DNA of 64,000 nt, from the NCBI GenBank assembly GCA_963747235.1, contig CAVVEU010000024.1:640001-704000 (forward strand), read 5' to 3'. Source of the DNA: an uncultured Candidatus Rokubacteria bacterium (GTDB taxonomy: Bacteria; Methylomirabilota; Methylomirabilia; Rokubacteriales; CSP1-6). Shown piece after piece: positions 10,997-22,099 of this stretch. Positions within the stretch are counted from its first letter, which is position 1, and each line of letters opens with the position of its first letter. The position numbers and the translations under genes are program-made. A model generated the notes under the pieces. That model searched no databases and was not told the DNA's origin. It saw only the letters and a list, made by a program, of their open reading frames with translations.

Positions 10997-11023
10997 GGCC
11001 CGGGCCCGTACGGCGCCCGGGCC
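10997..11023. terminator. GC-rich hairpin between convergent genes
   Basis: GGCCCGGGC-N9-GCCCGGGCC. Confidence 0.5.
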
Positions 11024-11030
11024 GGCGGGC

Positions 11031-11423
11031 TCAGCGACCCAGGACCTTGCGCGCCTTGGCCGGATTCCCGCCCACGGTCACGACGGCGACGGCGGCGCCC
11101 CGGCCCGCGGTGGTGGCGTAGATCGATCGCACGTTGATTCGCTCCTTGGCGAGTCGGGCCGCGACCCGGGCGAGCGCGCCGGGCTTGTTCCGCAGCCGCA
11201 ACGAGAACGCGGTCTCCTCGCTGAACCGGTACCCGGCCTTGCGGAGCGCGCGCCTCGCCTCGACCGGGTTCTTGACCAGCAGCCGGATCTTCCCGCGGCC
11301 GGTGACTTCGGCGGCGCTGAGGGCCGTGATGTTGACGCCGGCGTCGGCGAGCGTGCGGGTCAGCGTGGCGAGCGTGCCGGGTCGCGACACGAGGCTGAGC
11401 GTGAGCTGGGTAGTCCTGGGCAT
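11031..11423 (-). CDS. Tandem ACT-domain protein
   Basis: SRPGTLATLTRTLADAGVNI and NKPGALARVAARLAKERINV repeats; CAGGAGG RBS. Confidence 0.88.
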   Translation of the reverse strand: MPRTTQLTLSLVSRPGTLATLTRTLADAGVNITALSAAEVTGRGKIRLLVKNPVEARRALRKAGYRFSEETAFSLRLRNKPGALARVAARLAKERINVRSIYATTAGRGAAVAVVTVGGNPAKARKVLGR

Positions 11424-11544
11424 GCAGTCCTCCTGGTGAGCGGTTCAGTGCTCTCTATCGAGTGAGGACACTCTAACCAGGGAGCCCCCGCTTGGGGGAA
11501 AATTCGTGATCCCGTCTCGCCGCGCGTGCTACGGTCGATCGCGC

Positions 11545-12430
11545 ATGCGCTCGCTCACGCGTGTCCTCGCGCCGCTCGCGGTCGTCCTGCTGGGCTGGAT
11601 CGCCGATGCCGCTCCGGCTGCGGGCCCAGGCCACGCCGCTCACCCTCGTCTTCACCCCATCGCGCGATCCGACCGCGCTCAAGGACGCGGGGGATGCCTT
11701 CGCCAAGACGCTGGCCGAGCTCTCGGGGGTGCCGGTGCGCGCGCTGGTGGCCTCGGACTACGCCGGGGTGATCGAAGCCCTTCGCAGCCGGCGGGTGGAC
11801 CTGGCCTTCGTGCACCCGGTGGGCTATGTCCTGGCCAATCGCGAGGCGGGCTGCCGCATCCTGGTGCGCGACATCTGGGGCGGCAAGACCGCCTACACCG
11901 CCCGGTTCTACGTGCGGAAGGACCGCGGCATCCGGCGCGTCGAGGACCTGCGCGGCAAGACGGTGGCCTTCGTGGATCCCGCGTCGTCCTCGGGCTACAT
12001 CTATCCGATGGTGCTGCTGATCAAGCAGGGCCTGGTGCGCGAGCGCGATCCGAAGACTTTCTTCAAGGACGCGCTCTTCAGCGGGACGCACGAGGCCGCG
12101 CTCCAGGCGGTGCTCCACGGGCGGGTGGACGCGGCGGCCTCGTTCGACAAGGCGCCCGAGCTGCACCTGAAGGATCCCGCGCTGATCGCCCAGATCGCCT
12201 TCGTCGGGGAGACGCCCGAGATCCCGGAGGCGGGCATCTGCGTGCGGCCGGGGATCCCCGACGAGACGGTGGCGAAGCTGAAGCGCGCGCTCCTCGCCAT
12301 CAAGGCGCCGCAGCACGCGGCGCTGCTGAAGCAGATCTACGACATCGACGGGTTCGTCGAGGCGGACGACCGGGACTACCAGCCGGTGCGCGACGCCATG
12401 CAGCTCATGAACCTGAACCCGCCGAAGTAG
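11545..12430 (+). CDS. Phosphate/phosphite/phosphonate ABC binding protein, PhnD-like (apparent frameshift near 11620)
   Basis: DYAGVIEALRSRRVDLAF, AFVDPASSSGYIYP, SGTHEA, DRDYQPVR; signal peptide MRSLTRVLAPLAVVLLG lies in an adjacent frame. Confidence 0.85.
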
Positions 12431-12432
12431 TC

Positions 12433-13451
12433 CTAGCCCCCGGCCGTGCGCCGGAACGCGTAGAAGGTCGCCCAGAGCCGGAGCAGGTCCGCCAGCCCGG
12501 CGCGCGTGTCGGCCTCGACGTGACCGACCGCCCCCACGATCGCGGTGCGCACGGGGCGCCCCGCCGCCCGCGCCGCCGCGTCGAGCCGCAGGCTTTCCGT
12601 GAACGGCACCGCCGGGTCCTGCCGCCCGTGAATCAGGAAGAGCGGGGCGCGGAGGCTGCCGATCCTCGGGCCGGGGGAGAGCGCGTCCAGCAGGTCCCGG
12701 GTGCTCCGGGGCAGGGCCCGGATCCGCTCGTCCACCGCGGCCGGGTCGCGATTGTCCACGAGGCGCCGGCCCGCCTCGTCGAGCAGCTCGGTATTGGCGC
12801 GCGCGAACTGGGCGATGGCCGGCTCCAGCACGCCGGCCGCGCGGCCCGCCACGTCGCCGAACGCGTAGGCGCCGGTCAGCGTGTAGCGCAGCAGCTCCAC
12901 CGCCGAGGCATACCCGCCGAGGGCGAGGACGGCGGAGAGCCGCGGGGCCAGCGACGGATCCGACGCGGCCAGAAGCGCCGGCCCCGCGCCCAGGCTGATG
13001 CCGAGCAGGGCCACGCGCGTGTGCCCGGCGGCACGGAGCGCCTCGACGCTCGCGGCCACGACCGCCGCGTCCTCCGGCCGGAGCCGCAGCACGGTCAGGC
13101 CGTCGACCGTCGGCACCGCCACCGCCCAGCCCGCCCGCGCGAGCAGCCGGGCCGCGTCGCGCAGGCGCGGGTCGTCCTTGCCCTCGGCCGAGAGACCGTG
13201 CACGAGCACGAGGCCGGGCGGGCGTCGCAGGGCGCTCGCGGGCGTAGAGATCGAGCGGCACCGGGCGCCCGCCGGCCGCTGCGGCGAGCGCGCGCGTCAC
13301 GGGCTCACGCGTGAGCGTCGAGAGTGGCCGCCAGCGCTTCCCGTCCGACGAACTCGGCGAGGAACGCCGTGGTCAGGATCAGCGTCGACGCGCTCGCGAA
13401 GAACGGGAGCGCGAGCAGAACGGCCAGGGCGAGGCGGCCGGCGGCGCTCAC
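12433..13451 (-). CDS. Membrane-anchored alpha/beta hydrolase (apparent frameshifts near 13340 and 13240)
   Basis: LVHGLS, GISLG nucleophile elbow, LIHGRQDPAVP, VGH; N-terminal TM segment in an upstream frame. Confidence 0.75.
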
Positions 13452-13617
13452 CCTCGAGGCGTCGTGCCCGGGTACGTCAGCCACGCGCCAATGATCTGAA
13501 CTCGCCGGACCGAGCGCAACCCCGTGCCGGGCATTCTTCCGCCGGAGCATCAGGCAGGGTGCCCATTCGAATCCGGATCGATGCGTAGATTATCAGTAAT
13601 TCCGCCTAGTTATATCG

Positions 13618-13633
13618 TGGCACTCGTGATGCT
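13618..13633 (+). promoter_or_regulatory. Sigma54 (-24/-12) promoter
   Basis: TGGCAC-TCGTG-ATGCT with an AT-rich tract upstream; GAGGAGG RBS follows. Confidence 0.65.
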
Positions 13634-13660
13634 CTTCATCGGGGCAGAGGAGGACATGAC

Positions 13661-14125
13661 ATGAGCACGACGACAGTCCGGGTCCTGATGGGTACCGTGA
13701 TTACCGCGGGTCTCCTGGGTATCGGTGCACTCGAGGTCGTGAGCGAGCGGGTCCCACCCACGGTCGTCCAGGGAGCACTTGACGGCAAGCCAGACTCACC
13801 ATCGGCGTATGTCGCGGACCTGGAGTTCCGGGAGGAGCCCGGCCCGAGCCCTACCCAGATGAGCGGTGCCCTTCAAATGGGGCGGAATACCGTCCTGAAC
13901 GTCGATCCCGCAGCTCGGCGGTTCCTCTCGGTGACGGGCACCGGTCACGTACGCCTGTCGGAAGTGAGCAAGGGAACGCTGGTGGTGACGGAGGAGGCAC
14001 GGGCAGCTAGCCTGGCGCTTCTGAAGCCGGGAGACGTCATCAGGGTCGAGTCCCCTCACGGAGGGATGCAGCGGATCGTTGTGCTGCGGCGCGGCTGGCA
14101 GGAGTTGGAGAGTCCGGAGAAGTAG
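13661..14125 (+). CDS. Hypothetical exported protein, C-terminal OB-fold/DUF5666-like
   Basis: N-terminal hydrophobic segment; LALLKPGDVIRVE motif; strong RBS; less GC-biased codons. Confidence 0.6.
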   Translation: MSTTTVRVLMGTVITAGLLGIGALEVVSERVPPTVVQGALDGKPDSPSAYVADLEFREEPGPSPTQMSGALQMGRNTVLNVDPAARRFLSVTGTGHVRLSEVSKGTLVVTEEARAASLALLKPGDVIRVESPHGGMQRIVVLRRGWQELESPEK

Positions 14126-14129
14126 CGGC

Positions 14130-14163
14130 GGCCGGCCGTTACTTAGGCCGGCCGTTACTTAGG
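14130..14163. repeat. 16-bp tandem duplication covering the stop codon of the methyltransferase gene
   Basis: GGCCGGCCGTTACTTA x2. Confidence 0.85.
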
Positions 14164-14784
14164 ATTGACGCACTTGATGAGGCGCCAGCCGTTGAACAGG
14201 TTGACCTTGGTGGTGATCTCGGGGACGAGGCCCACCTGCCGCAGGAGCGGCTCGAGCGGGAGGTTCGACTTCCACCCGAGCCTGGTGCATACCGGGGCGA
14301 CCAGATCCTCGAGGCGTCCGACCGCGGGGCGCTCGCTCCGGAAGTGGTTCAGGAGCACGATATTCCCTCCCGGCTTCACCACCCGCTTCATCTCGCGCAG
14401 CACGCCCACCGGGTCGGGCACCGCGCTGATGGTATAGGTGGCCACCGCGGAGTCGAACTCGCCCTGGCCGAAGTCCATGACGGTGGCGTCCATGGTCTTG
14501 AGCGTGACGTTGCCCAGCCCCAGCTCGACGATCTTGTCCTGCGCCTTCTCCAGCATCTCCTCGGACAAATCGATCCCGGTGAGCCGGCAGTTGGACGGGT
14601 AGAGGGGAAGATTCAACCCCGTGCCGATGCCGACCTCGAGCACGTTGTCTCCAGCCTTGATGTCGAGCAGACGGATGGCGGCTTCACGACCGGGATGGAA
14701 GATCCAGTCGAAGACGAAGTCATACGCGGGGGCGTACAGCTTGTAAGCCCGCTTGACCTGCCTTTTCTCCAGCGCTGCGTCCAA
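14155..14784 (-). CDS. Class I SAM methyltransferase, phospholipid N-methyltransferase (PmtA)-like
   Basis: VKRAYKLYAPAYDFVF, VLEVGIGTG, GIDLSEEML, SAVPDP...EMKRVVKPGG...NHF; TTG14784 follows a GGAGG RBS. Confidence 0.8.
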   Translation of the reverse strand: MDAALEKRQVKRAYKLYAPAYDFVFDWIFHPGREAAIRLLDIKAGDNVLEVGIGTGLNLPLYPSNCRLTGIDLSEEMLEKAQDKIVELGLGNVTLKTMDATVMDFGQGEFDSAVATYTISAVPDPVGVLREMKRVVKPGGNIVLLNHFRSERPAVGRLEDLVAPVCTRLGWKSNLPLEPLLRQVGLVPEITTKVNLFNGWRLIKCVNPK

Positions 14785-14895
14785 TCTGGCACCCCTCCAG
14801 AAGTCGTGGCCGATTGCCCAGCCTTCGCCCTTGTAGCATAGGGTGACGCGAGTTGCCAAGTGCTTTCTGACCTATTGATCTGCAAGGGGAAAATA

Positions 14896-16060
14896 CTACA
14901 GATCGGCCTCCCGGCAGAGCCGACCGAGCACCCGCTCGGCCGCGAAGGATTCCTCGGCAATCGCGCGCGCCGCCCGGCAGTGCCGCGCGTAGTCGCGATT
15001 CACCTCGTCGAGCGCCGCGGCGGCCTCCTCCACGGTCTCGAACGCGAGCAGACCCACCCCGGTGGGCACGAACTTGCCGAAGCCCGTGTCCTGAGTGACG
15101 ACCGGTTTACCCGCCGCCAGGTAGCAGACGCTGCGGTCGCTGAACCACCCGCTCCGCGTCCGGACCACGAGGTCCTTGGACACCGTGAACTCCCCCCGGG
15201 AGCGCTCGATGTGGCGCTGGTAGGCGGCGAGGTCGCGGGAGGCCTCGAACGCGTTCGTGAGGAGCCAGCCGTTCCGGGCGAGCAGGTCCCGCGTTGGCTC
15301 ATCGTCCACTTCGAGCGCCAGCTCCAGCGGCTGGCGGGTCCGGGTCGGCAGGTCGGCCACCCGGAGGAAGTTCATGTGCTTGGACCAGTAGTAGGTCTCG
15401 CCCCGGAACCGGATGTCCTTGCCCACGTTCTTCCAGGTGGCCACGGTCGTGAACCGCTCGGCGGCGGGCATCACGGTGGCATCCCACAGGTCGGGGATCA
15501 CGGGCGGCCGCGTGGTGCGCCAGGCGAACTTCTCCAGCGGGATCGGGCAGTCGGGCTGGCCCAGGTTCTCGCCGTAGGTGAAGTGGTGCGTGTGCTCCTC
15601 GAGCGCCTCGATCGCCCGGCGATCGCCCTCGGCGACCCGGATCTGCTCGAAGACCGGGTCGGTCTCGACGTAGATGCGCACCGGGCACCGGAGGTGCTCT
15701 TCCTTGAGCTCGCGTGGCCCCGCAGACGTTCAGGAGCCCGTCCGCCTCCCGGTAGATGTCCCGGACCCGCTCCCGGGAGAGCCCGTGGTAGGTGCCGGTC
15801 ACGCCGTCCACGTAGGCCCAGCGGTCGGCGAGGCCGAAGCGCGCCATCATGTCCGCGAGGAACGCCACGCTGTAGCTCGAGTCCTCCACCACGCTCTTGA
15901 CCCGCGGGTCGTACGGATGGGCCCCCGAGTCCTCGACGTAGTAGACGTCGTGGCCGAGCCGGGCGAGCCCCAGCACGTAGTGCACCGCCTGCCAGCCGAT
16001 GCCCCCCAGGGGATAGCGGCCGGCCAGGTGCAGGACCACCAGGCGCTTACGGGCGGGCAA
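14896..16060 (-). CDS. Putative GT-B glycosyltransferase (apparent frameshift near 15715)
   Basis: YVLGLARLGHDVYYVED N-terminus; SRGEFTVSK...SGWFSDRSVCYLAAGKPVVTQDTG C-terminus. Confidence 0.8.
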
Positions 16061-17835
16061 GCGGATCCTCCTGCCGGTGGGACTCCGGCCCCCCGTACAT
16101 CGCGGCGAACGCGCCCCTGCGCGCGACCAGCTCGGCGAGCGTCCCGTGCTCGACGATCCGGCCGTCCTTGATCACCACGATCAGGTCGGCGGTGCGCACC
16201 GTCGAGAGGCGATGCGCGATGATGAAGGTGGTGCGGCCGGCCTGCAGGCGCTCGAGCGCCACCATCACGAGGGCCTCGGTCTCGGGGTCGAGCGCCGAGG
16301 TCGGCTCGTCCAGGATCAGGATCGGCGAGTCGCGCAGGATGGCGCGGGCGATGGTCAGCCGCTGCTTCTCGCCTTCCGAGAGCGTCACGCCCTGCTCGGC
16401 CACGCTCGTATCGTACCCCCGCGGGAGCTTCGCGATCATCTCGTGGATGCGGGCGGCCTTGGCCGCCGCGATGATCTCCTCCATCCGGGCGTCGGGCCGG
16501 CCGAAGGCGATGTTCTCGCGCAGGCTCACCGGGAAGAGCAGGGGCGGCTGGAGGACCATGGCGATCTGGCGGCGCAGCGAGGCGAGCCGGTACTCGCGGA
16601 CGTCGCGGCCGTCCACCAGCACGCGGCCGCGCGTCGGATCGTAGAAGCGGGGCAGCAGGCTCAGCAGCGTGGACTTGCCGGCGCCGGTCGGCCCGACCAC
16701 CGCGACGCGCTGGCCGGGCGCCACGCGCAGGCTCGACGCCGCGGATCAGCGGGCCCCCGGACGGCGCGTACTGGAAGTCCACGTCCTCCCAGACCACCTC
16801 GCCGCGCGCGCCTGCCTCGGGGAAGGCCCGGTCGCCGTCCGGCAGGTCGCGCTCCACGTCGAGCACGTCGAGCACCCGCCGCACGCCGACCCGCGCGCTC
16901 TGGGCCAGGCCGTAGACCTCGAACATGTTGTTGATGGGCCCGTAGAGCGCGGCCAGGTAGCTGATGAACACGACCAGGCTGCCCACCGTGAGGGTGCTGT
17001 CGAGCACGTGACGGGCGCCCACCCACACCACCGCGGCGGTGCCGAGGGCGATGACCAGGTTGACCACGCCCGAGTAGAACGTCTGGAGCGTGTAGAGGCG
17101 GAGCCCGGCCGCGAGGCTCCGCTCGCTCGCGGTCATGAACCGGCGGTGCTCGTCCTCCTCACGCGTGAAGGCCTGGATGACCCGCATCGCGCCCATCGCC
17201 CGCTGCACCACGCCGAAGACCTCGCTCTCGCGCTCCCGCATCTCGCCCGCCGCCGCGCTGATCTGGCGGTTCAGCCGGCCGATGGCGAGCAGCAGGAGCG
17301 GGCAGACGCCCAGGGCCAGGAGGGTGAGCTCGGCGTCGAGCTGCACCATGACCGCCGACATCCCGACCAGCAGGATGAGCGCGCTGGCCGCCGGGAACAG
17401 GCAGTTCATGGTGAGCGCCTGGAGCGCGAAGGTGTCCGCGGTCACCCGGTACAGCAGGTCGCCCGCCTGGGCCCGGCTGTGGAAGGCCATCGAGAGCCGG
17501 TGCAGATGGGCGTAGAGATCGCTGCGCAGATCCCGCACCATCCGCTGCCCGATGCGGATGGTGGTGATGTTGGCGAGCACGTTGGCCGCGCCGAGCGCCG
17601 CGTAGATCACCACGAGGGCCGCGCAGGCGCCCAGGAGCAGCGCCCCGGTGCCCAGGTCGGCCGCCACGCCCCAGGGCAGGGGCGCGCCGCCGAGCACCGT
17701 GTCGATGATCAGCTTGAGCGGCCAGGGCTTGAGCAGCTCGAGCGCGCTGATCAGGCACACCTGGGCCAGCGCCCAGAGCATGCGACCCCGGTGGGGCCAG
17801 ATGTAGCCGGAGACGCGCCGGGTGAAGCCGCTCAC
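16047..17835 (-). CDS. ABC exporter, MsbA-like TMD-NBD (apparent frameshift near 16735)
   Basis: Six-TM domain; GPTGAGKS, LSEGEKQR, ILILDE, IAHRLST. Confidence 0.9.
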
Positions 17836-20396
17836 TTCACCACGGCGTCACGCACGTCGAGCGGCGGCGCGTAGTGGAGCCGCGCGCGGCGCGCGACGCC
17901 CTGGAGCGCGTCGTAGAGCGTGCGCCCGAGCCCGATCGCCTCGCGGAGCAGGCCCGCGCCCGTCCCCACGCCGGCGGCCACGCCCGCCGCGGCCAGCATG
18001 GGGAGCCCGAGCGTCAGCCCGGCGCCGGCCATCACCGCCGCGCCCACCAGCACGCCGCGGGCCAGCCGCGAGGTCCGCAGCGCGCACCGCACCCGCAGGA
18101 CGCGCCGCTCGCCGCCGTGATTCTCGGTGCACACCTTGATCCGGCCGCGTGACCAGACCCCACCGTGCGCCTCGAGGTCCCACTCGCTCCAGCCCTGGTC
18201 CACCAGCACGAAGTACTTCCGCCGGGCGAGCGCGTCCACGAGCCCGTGCAGGATCGTCTCCTTCTCGAGCCCGTCCTCGGTCCAGAACGCGGCCGAGAAC
18301 GCGCGCTGCCCCCACGACCAGGGGAGGGCCTGCATCGGCCGCTCGGACTCCGAGGGCTCGGCCGCGGTGAGCCCTCGCACCCACCAGCGATAGCGCTCGA
18401 GCGAGCGCAGGAGGGGCCCGAAGTACGTCAGGATCGCGATGAACAGGCGCCCGCGGAGGCTGTCGGCCACCGGGTCCACCCGTGCCCGCATGGCCGCCCA
18501 GAGGCAGCAGGCAAACGAGAGCATGATCGGCGCCGCGCCCAGCCAGGCCCAGCCGCCGCGCGTGGCCCCATAGGCCAGGAGCAGGGCTCCGACCAGGTTC
18601 CACTCGAGCGTGAAGGGCAGGTGAGAGACCACGGTGGACGGCGGCTGGTAGAGGGTCTGGAAGAGGCCGCGCCCGAAGACGCCGCCGTAGATGATGGGCC
18701 GGCGCAGGGAGAAGAGGGCGGAGATGCCGCCGTAGATCCGCCCGCGCCAGCGCGAATAGCCCAGCGCGTTGAAGCGCTGGGGATGGCGGAAGTAGAGCAG
18801 CGCCTCCGCCTTGCCGTACCCCTTCTGCTGGCCGATGTAGGCCTTCATGGTGTTGCGCCGGAAGTGCCAGACCATGGCGGCCGGGCTGAAGCCGATGCGG
18901 TAGCCGCGGTCCTGAAGCCGCCAGCACACGTCCACGTCGTCGCCCGCCGAGCGGTAGATCGGATCGAAGCCGCCGATCTCGTCGAGCACTTCACGCCGGA
19001 ACGCCATGTTGCACCCCGGGATGTGCTCGGCCTCCACGTCGTCGAGCAGCACCTCCAGCGGCCCGCCCGGCGAGGCGGCCACGCACGCGGCCACCATGGA
19101 GTCTTCGGGCGGCGGCAGGTTGGGCCCGCCCACCGCGGGGAGCCCGGTCTGCAGGAACGTCGCGACCAGGTAGTGCAGCCAGTCCGGATCCACCACGCAG
19201 TCGGAGTCGGTGAAGGCGACGATCTCGCCGAGCGACGCCGCGATGCCGACATTGCGCGCGGCGCTGAGCCCCTTGTTCTCCTGGTGGATGACGTGGAAGC
19301 CCTCGAAGCCGTCCGCGATCGTGCCGGTGCGGTCCGTGGATCCGTCGTCCACCACCACGACCTCGAAGGCGGGATAGCGGAGATTGCGCAGGGACTCGAG
19401 ACAGGCCTCCATGGTCGGCTCCGCGTTGTAGGCGCAGATGACCACCGAGACCTTGGGGTACTCGGAGAGCGCGGGCAGCCCCGGCGTGCCGTACCAGCGC
19501 TGGACGGCCTGGAACGCCGGCTTCTTGCGCCGCTCGCGGTCCACGAGCCCGAAGGCCCAGTTGGCGATGTCGCAGCCGCCGGTGTACCACTCGTCGGTGA
19601 ACGAGAAGACCACGGTGCCCGCCACGCCCATCTCGAGCGCGGTGTGCACCTGCCACGACAGGGTCGAGGCCTGGACGACCTGGCCCTCGCGGATCGAGTC
19701 GATGCCGAACTCGGTGAGCACCAGCGGCCGGTCGCCCGCCAGGGTGTGCAGCCGCGAGAGATACTTCCGGAACTCGGGCTCCGAGTGCAGGTAGACGTTG
19801 AAGGCGAGGAAATCGGTGAAGTCGGTCTCGAGATATTCGGTGGACGGGTAGTTGGCGTAGCCGACCAGCGCGGTGGGCTCCATCTGCTTGATCAGGCCCA
19901 CCAGCTCGCGCAGGAACCCGGTGATGCGCGGGGCCCCGTACCAGCGGACGATGTCGGACGGAATCTCGTTGCCGACCAGGAAGGCGCCGACCGCCGGGTG
20001 ATCCCGGCAGGCCTCCACCACGTCCGTGACGGTGCGCCGGACGGAGTCCGAGATCTCCTCCGAGTCGAGAAAGCAGATGTGCTCCGCCCACGGGATTCCC
20101 ACGAGGACCCACAGGTTTCGCTCGGCGGCCATGTCGAGCAGCCAGCGGGGCGGAGGGGTGAAGAGCCGGAGGCAGTTGGCCCCCAGCTCGGTCATCAGGG
20201 CGAAGTCCCGCTCGACGACCTCCGGCGCGGGATATCTATAGCCATCCGCGTCCGGGGCAAAAGGGCCGTAGGTGACCCCCCGGAGCGGAACCTTGTCATC
20301 TCCAGCGAAGAAGAACTTCCCGCGAACTTCCAGCCGGGCGCGGGAGCCGGCGGGCTGCGCGCGCCGGATGGCGCGCGACCTCGTATCGAGCCTCAC
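17832..20396 (-). CDS. Fusion of a GH-A clan TIM barrel, a GT2 domain and C-terminal TM helices
   Basis: RGVTYGPF, VGNE and LTEFG (GH-A catalytic Glu pair); VSVVICAYN, VVDDGSTD, FTDSD, GDDVD GT2 motifs; AAGGAGG RBS before GTG20396. Confidence 0.88.
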   Translation of the reverse strand: MRLDTRSRAIRRAQPAGSRARLEVRGKFFFAGDDKVPLRGVTYGPFAPDADGYRYPAPEVVERDFALMTELGANCLRLFTPPPRWLLDMAAERNLWVLVGIPWAEHICFLDSEEISDSVRRTVTDVVEACRDHPAVGAFLVGNEIPSDIVRWYGAPRITGFLRELVGLIKQMEPTALVGYANYPSTEYLETDFTDFLAFNVYLHSEPEFRKYLSRLHTLAGDRPLVLTEFGIDSIREGQVVQASTLSWQVHTALEMGVAGTVVFSFTDEWYTGGCDIANWAFGLVDRERRKKPAFQAVQRWYGTPGLPALSEYPKVSVVICAYNAEPTMEACLESLRNLRYPAFEVVVVDDGSTDRTGTIADGFEGFHVIHQENKGLSAARNVGIAASLGEIVAFTDSDCVVDPDWLHYLVATFLQTGLPAVGGPNLPPPEDSMVAACVAASPGGPLEVLLDDVEAEHIPGCNMAFRREVLDEIGGFDPIYRSAGDDVDVCWRLQDRGYRIGFSPAAMVWHFRRNTMKAYIGQQKGYGKAEALLYFRHPQRFNALGYSRWRGRIYGGISALFSLRRPIIYGGVFGRGLFQTLYQPPSTVVSHLPFTLEWNLVGALLLAYGATRGGWAWLGAAPIMLSFACCLWAAMRARVDPVADSLRGRLFIAILTYFGPLLRSLERYRWWVRGLTAAEPSESERPMQALPWSWGQRAFSAAFWTEDGLEKETILHGLVDALARRKYFVLVDQGWSEWDLEAHGGVWSRGRIKVCTENHGGERRVLRVRCALRTSRLARGVLVGAAVMAGAGLTLGLPMLAAAGVAAGVGTGAGLLREAIGLGRTLYDALQGVARRARLHYAPPLDVRDAVVK

Positions 20397-20565
20397 GGTC
20401 CCAATCCTCCTTGGACACCCCTGACGGGGGCCCATAGTTGTGGTCGTTTCAAGACACTCGGTGGGGGCGCCCGTAGCGACATCCAAGAGGCTGGGGAGCG
20501 ATTCCACGCCGAGCGCCGAGTACGGAGATGCCCGAAACCTCAGGCTTTCTCCACGGTGGAAGCAT

Positions 20566-20581
20566 CGCAACCGCCATGCCA
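20566..20581 (-). promoter_or_regulatory. Sigma54 (-24/-12) promoter of the GT2/ABC/GT operon
   Basis: Minus strand TGGCAT-GGCGG-TTGCG, with an AT-rich IHF-like tract at about 20605-20640. Confidence 0.7.
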
Positions 20582-20744
20582 GGGGGCGTCATCGCCGGCG
20601 GCCGGCTACTTTATCAGAAGTCGTGATTTTTCAGCTAGTCCGGCACCTGGAAAATGTTGCGGGGTCCTCCGGAGGGAAGCAGTTTGCTTCGTTTTTACAC
20701 GACCGAGGAGTAAAAGTTACCAGCCCGTGTGGCCGTCCGGCCGG

Positions 20745-22091
20745 CTAGAGGAGGAAGCGCATCAGGAGGGTGGCAAGGCCGAGGAAGCAGAAGAAGCCGA
20801 ACACGTCGGTGAAGGTGGTGATGATGACGCTGGAGGCGATGGCCGGGTCCACCCGGAAGCTCTTGAGCAGGATGGGGACGACCACCCCGACGACCGCCGC
20901 CACGACCATGTTCAAGGTCATGGCGACCGCGATGATACCGGCCAGGAGGGCCTGCCCCTTCCAGACATAGGCGATCGCGGCCATGGCCAGCCCATTGGCC
21001 AGCCCGATGGTCAAGGCCAGGGTGGTCTCCTTGCGGGCCACCCGCCACAGGTGCGCCGCGGTCATGTCCCCCAGGGCCAGCCCGCGCACCACGACGGTGG
21101 CGGTCTGGGTGGTGCCGATCCCGCCCATCGAGGCCACGATGGGCATGAAGATGGCCAGGAGGGCGAGCTCCCGGATCGAGTCCTCGAAGACGCCGATGAC
21201 GGAGGCGGCCAGGATGGCGGTGGCCAGGTTGATCAGGAGCCAGACCAGGCGCTTGGGGAAGACGGCCCGGGCGGAGTCGAGGACGGTCTCGTCGCCCGCC
21301 GCGCCGCCGAGGCGCTGGATGTCCTCCGTGGCCTCCTCCCGGATGACGTCGATGACGTCGTCCACCGTGATGACCCCCAGCAGGCGATGGTCGGCGCTCA
21401 CCACCGGGACCGCCACCAGGTCGTACTTGGCGACCAGCCGGGCGACCTCCTCCTGGTCCATGTCGGCGGTCACCCGGACCGGCTCGTCCTGGCGGAGGAA
21501 GCGGACCGGCGCGGCCGGGTCGGCGGTGACCAGACGACGCCAGGGCAGGCTGCCGACCAGATGGTCGTGGTCGTCCACCACGTAGAGGGTGGAGGCGGTC
21601 TCGGCCACCGGCGATTTCCGCACCTGCTCGATGGCCTGGGCCACCGTGAGGTGCTCGTGGACGGCGAGGAAGTCGGGCGACATGAGCCGGCCCGCCGTCT
21701 TCTCGCCGTGCTCGAGGATCTCCTGGACCTCTTCGGACCGCTCCTCCTTCATGAGGTCCAGCACCTTCTCGACCTGTTCCGCGGGCAGGTCCTCGAGCAC
21801 CTGGGCCGCGTCGTCCGGCCGCATGCGATCGAGGATGCTCGAGATCTCACCCTCGTCGAGGGCGCGGGCCAGCTCGTGCAGCGGCTGGTCGTCCAGCTCG
21901 GCGAGCACCGCGCCGGCCGACTCGCGCCCGAGCAGCCGGAAGAGCGTCACCTGCTCGGGCAGCGTGAGGTCGCGCAGGGCGGCCGCGATGTCCGCGGCGT
22001 GCGCGTCCTCGAGCACCTGGCTCAGGCGCTCGCGCCGCCCCGACTCCAGGAGATCGCGGACGGTGTCGGTGAGGCGGGCGGCTTCGGCCAT
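20745..22091 (-). CDS. mgtE: Magnesium transporter MgtE
   Basis: MgtE_N domain, TAGRLM CBS pair, GVITVDDVIDV, DPAIASSVIITTFTDVFG. Confidence 0.95.
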   Translation of the reverse strand: MAEAARLTDTVRDLLESGRRERLSQVLEDAHAADIAAALRDLTLPEQVTLFRLLGRESAGAVLAELDDQPLHELARALDEGEISSILDRMRPDDAAQVLEDLPAEQVEKVLDLMKEERSEEVQEILEHGEKTAGRLMSPDFLAVHEHLTVAQAIEQVRKSPVAETASTLYVVDDHDHLVGSLPWRRLVTADPAAPVRFLRQDEPVRVTADMDQEEVARLVAKYDLVAVPVVSADHRLLGVITVDDVIDVIREEATEDIQRLGGAAGDETVLDSARAVFPKRLVWLLINLATAILAASVIGVFEDSIRELALLAIFMPIVASMGGIGTTQTATVVVRGLALGDMTAAHLWRVARKETTLALTIGLANGLAMAAIAYVWKGQALLAGIIAVAMTLNMVVAAVVGVVVPILLKSFRVDPAIASSVIITTFTDVFGFFCFLGLATLLMRFLL

Positions 22092-22099
22092 GAGACGTC

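Noticed and set aside
11545-12430. Complete phosphonate or phosphite utilisation locus
   Set aside because: Only the binding protein is present; no phnC/phnE, ptxD or C-P lyase genes nearby
20400-20560. Known riboswitch in the GT2 leader
   Set aside because: A hairpin is present, but no c-di-GMP, c-di-AMP or other consensus was recognised
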